The notes beneath the pieces are model-generated. The model made no database searches. It was not told where the DNA came from and saw only the letters and a program-made list of their open reading frames with translations. A stretch of DNA of 64,000 bases from positions 800,001-864,000 of the forward strand of contig CAXXQS010000001.1 in the NCBI GenBank assembly GCA_963674735.2, read 5' to 3'. The position numbers and the translations under genes were made by a program. Positions 57,901 to 64,000 of the stretch are shown piece after piece. The DNA comes from Myxococcota bacterium (lineage in GTDB: Bacteria > Myxococcota_A > SURF-8). Positions within the stretch are counted from its first letter, which is position 1. The number at the start of each line of letters is the position of its first letter.

Positions 57901-60520
57901 CGGCATAGATATGGGTGTAGGTGTCGGTGCGTTGGTTGGAGGTGTAGGCGAGCATCCAATAGCTGTCGGAAACCGCGAGGCGCGGTTTATCCTGAACATA
58001 CAGATTGTTGACGATGATGCTGTCGTAGGGATTTTCCAAGCGTGCGCCGCTGGCGTCGATGCGCACGCCGAGGATGTTGCCGACATCGTAATAGGTGTCT
58101 TTCCAGACAACCAGATAGGCATCGCTGCCGTTCCAGCAGACATCCGGGCTGGTCTCTTCGCCGCCGGTGTTGTCGTTGATACGGAAGTCGCCGGATGTGT
58201 CCGGTACGCCCGCTGCACTGACGAAGCGTCCGCGAATTTCGGTGCGGATGACGGCTTTTGCCGTGCCCGAGTTATCTTCGTAGACTACCAGGTAGTTACT
58301 GCCGTCGAAGTCAACCGCCGGATTCTGCTGGTGGTTATGTCCGTCGGCAATGGCGAACGACGATGAAACCGTACCGTCGGCTTCGATGATCGCGCCATAG
58401 ACATCATTGTTCACGCCGTTGCGGGTGTCGTGCCAGACGGCCAGGAAATCGCTGCCGTCGCTGGCCATATCCAGGTTCGACTGGGAGTTGACGGAAGTGG
58501 CCACCAGCGTTCCGTTGGCGGGAGCGGCAACCGGGGTTCCGGCATTCAGAGTGATACGTGCTCCGTAGATGTCGTCGGTGACGTTGCGCTGATCCTGCCA
58601 GGCGGTGAACCAGCTTCCCGGCACGGCGGTCGTTTCGGGGCTGAGTTGCAGGTCGGTGTCATTTGTCAGAGATGCGGCGCTGCCAAGGGCGGTACCCACG
58701 CTATCGAGGGCGATTGCGCCGATTTCACGATCGTCCGAATAGCTCGGCCAATCTTGGTAGGTGACCAGATAAGCGCTGCCGTTCCAGGCGATCGAGGGAC
58801 GTTGCAGGCGGTAGGCGCTGCTGTGGATCTCAAAACCCGCGGCATCGCCGAGGGCTGTTCCGGCTGTGGAGACGAAGCGGCCATAGATGTCTTCGACGAA
58901 CGAGGTATCGTGGCCGTTGCGGTTGTCGGACCAGACGACCAGGAAATTCGTGCCGTTGAACGCGATGGCGGGGGTTTCCTGATGTTGGCCGTAATTGCAG
59001 ATGGGGAAGCCGTTGACGGGATCGGAAGCATGGACCGCAGCGGCTTGAGTGACGCGCACGCCGTAGATGTCTTTGTAGCCCGAACGCCAGTCGTCCCAGA
59101 CGACCAGGTAGTTTGTGCCGTCAAAGGCGATGGCGGGTGCGCCGACGTAGACCGTCGGATTGGCCACGACAAACGGCGTGGTGGAGACGCTGCCGGTCTG
59201 GTGATTGAACATGCTGGCGTGTAATCCGTAGTAGCTGCCGATCAGCTCGGCCCAAACCAATAAACAGCCCGTGCTGCTGCAGGAAATCGCATGGTCGGTA
59301 TCGCCGTAGGGCGTTTCGGAGACGGAAATCGCCGTGGTATCGACCAGAGCACCGGCCGCAGTCACGCGCGCCAGTTTCGTGTAATTGCCGTTATGTTGCC
59401 AGGCGACGACGTAATAGGGAGTCGTTCCGGGGGCATAGGCGACCGTCGGGTTTTGCTGCGAGGTGTTTTCCGCCGCAATCGCGATGCCGTAAGGATCGAG
59501 AATTTCACCGGTTGCGGCGTTGATGCGGGTTCCGTACACGTGATCGTAGCCGGAGCGGCTGTCCTGCCAGACGGCAAAGTAGGTGTCGCTGCCGTTGGAG
59601 GTGACGCTCGGCGATATCTGATCGTCCTCGACGGCTCCGGCGATGGGATCGTCGATTTCGAATTCGGCGAAAACCACCGGATCGATGGCCAAGGGATAAC
59701 TGGCCTGAGCCAACGCCTTTTCTTCCAGCGTGTAGGTCAAGCGTCCGTCGCGATAGCGGCTACTGAGGGGCCAACGACGGTGTTGGCTGTCGATGGCAAT
59801 CGCCGGTCCGACGGCCACGAGCCGGTGCTGGGCCGGGTTTCCGAAGTGGTGTCCGCCCGGCGTCCGGGCCAGATAGGGGAGGCCTTCGACTTCGAGGGTG
59901 ATGTGCAGGTCGCCGCTCAATGTGGGTTTTTCGTTGAGAATCCAGGTTAGTTCCAAGCCATCCGGCCGGGCTTCGCTGTGCGCGACCAATCGCGTTTCGT
60001 CGTTCAAAAGTTGCTGGACCGTATTGCTTAGAATCGTGGGGGCGTCTCCCATTTCGGGGTCGGCGAGCAGGGAATGTCCGGCGACGGCGATATCGCTCAA
60101 ACGCAGGGAAAGAGCCGATGTTGCCGTATCCGACGCCGCCGGGCTGAACTGAATCGCGTCATGGCTCACCGTCGCGGAATACGTGGGACCGTAAGCGGTC
60201 GGGAGACCGTTTTCCAACTCGAAGCGGTGACGCACGCGCGTCATGACGGCATTGAGGGCGAAGGTCGGCGCCATCAACGGGCTTTGGTCAGCAACCCGGA
60301 CGTCGGCATCCTGGGGGGCCGGTTGCACCTGCCAAAACGCAGCCTCCGGCGTATACGTCCAATCCGCTGTCGAATCGGAGGGAGAAGTCTGAGTCGACGG
60401 GGATGGCGCGGTTGCCACGGATGGATTCGAGTCGAATCCCGAATCGGGTGAGCAGGCGGCGAAGGTGGCTAGAATGACAAGCAAAATCCACATTCCAATG
60501 GCGTTACGGACTCGCATCAT
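54941..60520 (-). CDS. 1859-aa surface protein: lipobox, VVWxDxR repeat (propeller-like) region, Cys-rich CDDGxxCT repeats, DGD linker, MYXO-CTERM-like tail
   Basis: TFAAC; repeated YLVVWxD.R...DIYG.R; C-terminal GGGGGC...PFLLLPLLLARRRR. Confidence 0.9.
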   Translation of the reverse strand: MMRVRNAIGMWILLVILATFAACSPDSGFDSNPSVATAPSPSTQTSPSDSTADWTYTPEAAFWQVQPAPQDADVRVADQSPLMAPTFALNAVMTRVRHRFELENGLPTAYGPTYSATVSHDAIQFSPAASDTATSALSLRLSDIAVAGHSLLADPEMGDAPTILSNTVQQLLNDETRLVAHSEARPDGLELTWILNEKPTLSGDLHITLEVEGLPYLARTPGGHHFGNPAQHRLVAVGPAIAIDSQHRRWPLSSRYRDGRLTYTLEEKALAQASYPLAIDPVVFAEFEIDDPIAGAVEDDQISPSVTSNGSDTYFAVWQDSRSGYDHVYGTRINAATGEILDPYGIAIAAENTSQQNPTVAYAPGTTPYYVVAWQHNGNYTKLARVTAAGALVDTTAISVSETPYGDTDHAISCSSTGCLLVWAELIGSYYGLHASMFNHQTGSVSTTPFVVANPTVYVGAPAIAFDGTNYLVVWDDWRSGYKDIYGVRVTQAAAVHASDPVNGFPICNYGQHQETPAIAFNGTNFLVVWSDNRNGHDTSFVEDIYGRFVSTAGTALGDAAGFEIHSSAYRLQRPSIAWNGSAYLVTYQDWPSYSDDREIGAIALDSVGTALGSAASLTNDTDLQLSPETTAVPGSWFTAWQDQRNVTDDIYGARITLNAGTPVAAPANGTLVATSVNSQSNLDMASDGSDFLAVWHDTRNGVNNDVYGAIIEADGTVSSSFAIADGHNHQQNPAVDFDGSNYLVVYEDNSGTAKAVIRTEIRGRFVSAAGVPDTSGDFRINDNTGGEETSPDVCWNGSDAYLVVWKDTYYDVGNILGVRIDASGARLENPYDSIIVNNLYVQDKPRLAVSDSYWMLAYTSNQRTDTYTHIYAARVDATNGGPMDISAQIEVDITSAYKATPDIAYNGNGVFWIVYQRSDSGFEDGGIYLKRVFNNGTLVDTSPILLADDSATRQAPRIAEHNGDFVVVWEDGRNAGTDIFGTFMNGTTMSASPFPVSTNALDEMAPAVSFNDAGKMLVAYTNEEYGVTRAQARFGCVDCCYIEGEIYDDGTVDPENSCAKCDVSQSVTSWSNNAAGVCDDDDACTKEDYCENTVCTGVAYSCDDGYSCTTDTCNGDGTCHYGVQAGSCLIAETCYANEAANPENDCQWCEAGTNQLTWTDKPSSATCDDSQACTQNDHCDSGACTGDSYVCNDDIDCTADSCNGDGTCTFDIEASYCLIDGQCYQNGDINPSNSCQVCGIGVSHTAWNNFPSTVTCNDGQACTQNDRCQAGVCAGDAYTCNDDIACTADTCNGDGTCDHDIVSGSCLIGGVCYVNGSNNPANECQWCASTGDQQAWSDKPSTETCNDGQLCTQADRCQSGVCAGDSYTCDDGKDCTIDSCTGDGGCLTSLDGSHCLIDDTCIANGADNPENSCQHCDISWALAGWANKPESATCNDGLACTSNDRCQAGTCAGDAYDCDDSLECTRDWCNGQGGCTYTMVQDTCLIDAACYAEEAASSADLCQVCASDSASDAWSAKDCNDQIDCTLDGCESQTGDCSHTPQDADCDDSNVCTADSCDAQSGCVNDALADWTVCDDQADPPWSCFAGTCEATPTGDQCESLFSMQLDSPLTKSFDGMHAFQAVGAPCLDSGEWSGPDLFFNATLDTEKQYRVTVTPDSGLDVALVLKPQCEATSCMDAADEAGAGVAEMAEVSGESGLVAQVIGLSESRLSASFTIELTEVPVVDGDDDGEIDGDAEAETDGDTDGDTDGDTDGDTDGDVPTDGDDPTDGDDPTDGDDPTDGDDPTDGDNPADGDDPADGDDPADGDDPTDGDDPTDGDDNGGGGGGCRSIDLESLIGYPFLLLPLLLARRRRQSKSI
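55056..55345 (-). repeat. Coding tandem repeats: 18-bp P(T/A)DGDD units and 12-bp TDGD units
   Basis: Repeated GTCGCCATCGGTCGGATC and GTCGGTATCGCC on the plus strand. Confidence 0.9.
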
Positions 60521-60839
60521 GCCGATTCATCCTCTCAAAATAGGTTTTATAATGACTACATTACGCTTTTTAAACAATCGGACAGATGCCTGAAGTCTTT
60601 AGAGAAAAAAATGGATTATTGTGTGGAAATACACAGTGTTATAAGCGCTTATCATTACTGAGATAATTGCTTGTCGGTTCGACTTTTCATCCAGACGGAA
60701 TCACGGGGCGTTTGCTTGGCCAATGCGATTGACGTTACCATTCTTGCATGTTAGAAATGGGGCGGGAAATAGAGCCGTTCAATATCCATTATTCGAGTTT
60801 CAAACAGAACGAGTCAAACGTTATAAAACGGGTGTAGCC

Positions 60840-62966
60840 ATGAAACGTAAAACGTGGAATATCGTTGTTGCTATCCTGCTGGCGACTTGTGTGGGCCTGC
60901 TTGTCGCGTGTACCGGGACGACGGAAGTGTTCGATAACGATGAGCCGGACGGCGACGAGCCGGAATGCGAGTCGAATGACGATTGCGATGAGGATGAAAC
61001 CTGCCGGGATGGGAAATGCCTCAAGCGCTGCACGTCGGATGAGGACTGCGTGTTCGGCTTCGTCTGTTTCGACGGTTCCTGCGTGCTCGAAGGTCTCGTT
61101 CCCGGTGATGGCGATGCCGCCGATGGCGACACGCCCGATGGGGATAATCAAAGCGATGGCGACAACTCCGACGGCGACACGCCCGACGGCGATCGTGTCG
61201 ACGGGGATGATCCGGACGGCGATACGCCCGACGGCGACGCTCCCGCCTGCACGAATTCCGGCGATTGCGAGCTGGGGCAGGTTTGCATCGACGGGCACTG
61301 TGTGGCGGGTTGTTTGAACGACCGAGACTGCACGAACGGCCTGCACTGCAAAACGGACCAGCCGCCGCATGGGGCATGTGTGGCGTGTTTGACTACCGCC
61401 GATTGTCCGAGCAATCATGAATGCCGCCAAAATGAATGCCTGTTGACCTGCGCCAACAATGAGGACTGCGCAGGGGTAAGCGGTAAACCCATCTGCGATC
61501 CGACCTCGGGCGTTTGCGTGGCCTGCCTCACCGATGCCGATTGTTCGATCGGCCGGATTTGTTTCGAACATGCCTGTGCCGATGGTTGCCGCAGCGACCG
61601 CGATTGTCCGAACGAACTGGTGTGCGACGTTCGTGTCGAGCCGCACGGCGGCTGTTTCGACTGCATCGGCGACGAACAATGTGACGGAAACGATGTGTGC
61701 ACCGACCATGTCTGCGGGGTTGATTGCAGCCAGATCCAGTGTCCGGCCGAAAGTCCGTACTGCCGACCCGTCGACGGAGAATGCGTCGAATGCCTGGAAA
61801 AAGCGCATTGCGGAAGCGGCAAAATCTGCGAGCAGAATCTGTGTATTTCGGGCTGCGAGGTCAATGAAGACTGCTCCGGCGGGCAGTATTGTCTCGATCT
61901 CGGAGCGGGATCGTGTGTGGACTGCATCATCGACGCTCATTGCAGCGGCAGCGAGAAATGCATCAACGGCACGTGTTTAGATGCGGAATGCGTCGACGAC
62001 GGCGATTGCGGACAGAATCAGTACTGTCATCCCAACCTGGCGGAATGTTACGACTATCCGGCGTCGTCCTGTGCGGAAGATGCGGATTGCGCGCTCTTCC
62101 CGCTCAACCTGGAAATGTGCGATCCGCTGACCCATACCTGCATTGCCTCGTGCTTATACGAGCTTCTCTGTCTCTTCAGCGGGGACCGCTTCTACTGCGT
62201 CAACGGCGGCTGCTACGAATGCCTGGACGACAGCTACTGCCAGGGGACGGCTTGCGATCCCTTCGACTACCTCTGCGAGGATTGCAGCACGGACGCCGAT
62301 TGCGTCGATTCAAGCTGGCATTGTTCCGAATCCAGCGGCGGCTGCTACGAATGTCTACAAGACGGGCATTGCGCGAACGGCGACCGCTGTCACCCGGACG
62401 ACAACGAATGCGTGGAATGCCTGGACGATCAGGATTGCACCACCAGCGCCAAACCGGAGTGCAGCAAGAGCCATGTGTGCATCCCGCCCTGCAGCCACGA
62501 GTGCAACGAAGATCAGATGATCTGCAACCCGGACGACAACGAGAAACCCATCAGCTATCTCCGTTGCGGCGATTACGACGACGATTCCTGCCGCGAATAC
62601 AGCAGTGCGTACTCCTGTCCCTCCGGGCAGACCTGCCGTGACGACGCCTGCGTCTGCGATCACGAATGCGAGGTCAGCGATAACTACTGCGATACGGAAG
62701 ACCCCTACGTCATCCATCAATGCGTGGAAGACTACAACGGTTGCCGCTACTGGAGCAGCAGTTACTGCGACAGCTCGCTGATCTGTTCCGCAGGCGCCTG
62801 CGAATGCGAAGTGAGTTGCAGCCAGAATGCCAAACGCTGTATCGCGGACGATCCGGACCACTTCGAGGTGTGCCTGCCCAACTCTTTCACCGGCTGCAAC
62901 TACTGGGCGTATCGAACCTGCGGGGAAGGCACGCAGTGCATCGGCACCGACGTGTGCCCCTACTAA
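60840..62966 (+). CDS. Very Cys-rich lipoprotein with CxxDxDC repeats and DGD linker
   Basis: Start at MKRKTW; lipobox LVAC; many C-x2-C-x2-D-x-(D/H)C modules. Confidence 0.88.
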   Translation: MKRKTWNIVVAILLATCVGLLVACTGTTEVFDNDEPDGDEPECESNDDCDEDETCRDGKCLKRCTSDEDCVFGFVCFDGSCVLEGLVPGDGDAADGDTPDGDNQSDGDNSDGDTPDGDRVDGDDPDGDTPDGDAPACTNSGDCELGQVCIDGHCVAGCLNDRDCTNGLHCKTDQPPHGACVACLTTADCPSNHECRQNECLLTCANNEDCAGVSGKPICDPTSGVCVACLTDADCSIGRICFEHACADGCRSDRDCPNELVCDVRVEPHGGCFDCIGDEQCDGNDVCTDHVCGVDCSQIQCPAESPYCRPVDGECVECLEKAHCGSGKICEQNLCISGCEVNEDCSGGQYCLDLGAGSCVDCIIDAHCSGSEKCINGTCLDAECVDDGDCGQNQYCHPNLAECYDYPASSCAEDADCALFPLNLEMCDPLTHTCIASCLYELLCLFSGDRFYCVNGGCYECLDDSYCQGTACDPFDYLCEDCSTDADCVDSSWHCSESSGGCYECLQDGHCANGDRCHPDDNECVECLDDQDCTTSAKPECSKSHVCIPPCSHECNEDQMICNPDDNEKPISYLRCGDYDDDSCREYSSAYSCPSGQTCRDDACVCDHECEVSDNYCDTEDPYVIHQCVEDYNGCRYWSSSYCDSSLICSAGACECEVSCSQNAKRCIADDPDHFEVCLPNSFTGCNYWAYRTCGEGTQCIGTDVCPY

Positions 62967-63031
62967 AGCAGGTGGCATATTTGTATTGAAACGGGCGGGG
63001 AGGGGTGTTGCGGTATTTTCCAGACGGAAGC

Positions 63032-63180
63032 CCTGGTGTTGGTTCAGGTCTCCCGACCACAGCTGTCCGGTTAACTTTGCGCAGAATCCATGTAACCTGG
63101 TGTTGGTTCGGGTCTCCCGACCTGAACCGCAATGTTTTCCGATGAACCATATGGAGCCCGTCGGGAGACGCGCTCCAACA
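63032..63180. repeat. REP family A cluster: two forward copies and one inverted copy (REPIN-like)
   Basis: CCTGGTGTTGGTTC(A/G)GGTCTCCCGACC at 63032 and 63096; hairpin GGTTCGGGTC-TCCC-GACCTGAACC; inverted copy at 63153-63180. Confidence 0.85.
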
Positions 63181-63263
63181 TAAGGGAAATCAGAATATTG
63201 ACGTGTTCATTGAATACAGACAACCAACCTATAGTTCACCTTGAGTAGAATGGAGATTTAACC

Positions 63264-63845
63264 ATGATAGATAAATACCGAATATGGTCGAAGTGGTGCT
63301 TGGTTGGTTTTGGCGTATTGATATTTGTCATAAGTACCAGATCCATAGGATATTCTGAGGAAAGAGAGGAAATTGTTGTTAAAAAAGGAGAGCTTGGAAA
63401 AGGAGGAGTGGAGTTTCATCTGATCGAAAAGAGCTTTGACCCTAAAAAGCATAAGGTCGAACGTTGTGTGGCAGGCCCCAAAAGCGATCCTTGGAAAGGT
63501 GTTTGTATTATTGATGACCAAATACCTTTTGGAAATGACTATGAAATGCCCAAGAGTTATACCGCCGAGGCATTCTTACTTACTGGGAAAAAGAAAATCC
63601 CCCTTCAAGTGACAGGGATGTTCAATCCATGGGGTGGATATGTTACCATTGAAGGAGAGGGGAATTCGTGGACAATACAGGGCATTTTCTCAGATGGAGC
63701 AGGTGCGTATTTTGTTCAGTGGTCTGTTAGAGAGGGTAGATCGATTCGAACAATCATCACAGATAATGATAGCATTTGGGCGTTATACCCAGAAACAACA
63801 AAACCGAAACAGAAAAGGGATAAACAACCTAGTAAGTCAGAATAG
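63264..63845 (+). CDS. Hypothetical secreted protein, low GC
   Basis: GGAG RBS; hydrophobic N-terminus; AT-rich codon usage unlike its neighbours. Confidence 0.8.
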   Translation: MIDKYRIWSKWCLVGFGVLIFVISTRSIGYSEEREEIVVKKGELGKGGVEFHLIEKSFDPKKHKVERCVAGPKSDPWKGVCIIDDQIPFGNDYEMPKSYTAEAFLLTGKKKIPLQVTGMFNPWGGYVTIEGEGNSWTIQGIFSDGAGAYFVQWSVREGRSIRTIITDNDSIWALYPETTKPKQKRDKQPSKSE

Positions 63846-63883
63846 ATTATGATCCGACATCCAAACCATAGCCCATCCCCCAG

Positions 63884-63922
63884 GTTGGTTCAGGTCTCCC
63901 GACCACAACTGTCCGGTTAACT
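63884..63922 (+). repeat. 39-bp direct repeat of 63038-63076 (REP family A derived)
   Basis: GTTGGTTCAGGTCTCCCGACCACA(G/A)CTGTCCGGTTAACT, 1 mismatch. Confidence 0.92.
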
Positions 63923-64000
63923 GTTGAATAATTCCAGCTGGTTAGTGAAAGGGGCGTATTTCGCTGGGTCGCCGTTTGCGTTTAGCGCCTGTAAAATGGG

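Noticed and set aside
60192-60208. REP-like GGTCGGGAGACC inside the giant gene, resembling 51909-51930
   Set aside because: It lies in frame in coding sequence (GLPT) without an extended stem, so it is probably coincidental. It slightly weakens the REP call at 51914.
60641-60652. ATAAGCGCTTAT palindrome as a LacI-type operator
   Set aside because: A single 12-bp dyad with no LacI gene nearby is insufficient support.
63032-63180. CRISPR array
   Set aside because: Only two direct copies 64 bp apart plus one inverted copy, no cas genes, and dispersed homologs elsewhere indicate REP-type repeats.
63038-63922. Integron attC cassette
   Set aside because: No RYYYAAC...GTTRRRY pairing with a long imperfect palindrome, and no integron integrase.

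Overview
A 64-kb chromosomal window from a GC-rich bacterium. The gspC-N operon type, the ispE-spoVG-tRNA-Gln-prs-rplY-pth synteny and a MYXO-CTERM-like sorting signal suggest the Myxococcota/deltaproteobacterial lineage (inference). The core content is: a complete type II secretion operon (gspCDEFGHIJKLMN plus a downstream lipoprotein, no gspO) behind a putative sigma-54 promoter, an NtrC-like activator, a PilZ protein, a housekeeping block, a K+-dependent membrane pyrophosphatase, yedF-selD, perR-katA, a HelD/UvrD-like ATPase, an RlmL-like methyltransferase, a radical SAM enzyme, an HcpR-like regulator with its box, and an SDR plus steroid 5-alpha-reductase-like operon. Interspersed are about eleven Cys-rich (lipo)proteins, most with Asp-Gly-Asp (DGD) linkers. 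The most unusual signal is in the accessory DNA. (1) Unrelated cargo genes (an antistasin-like lipoprotein, a low-GC secreted protein, possibly a 4-gene DUF1566 array) share REP-like left and right ends. (2) Two cargo inserts are bracketed by duplications of the host gene's 3' end plus terminator. (3) Short phage-like fragments lie next to REP-like palindromes. No integrase, transposase, reverse transcriptase or CRISPR array is visible in the window. Family assignments come from motif recognition only; no database searches were run.
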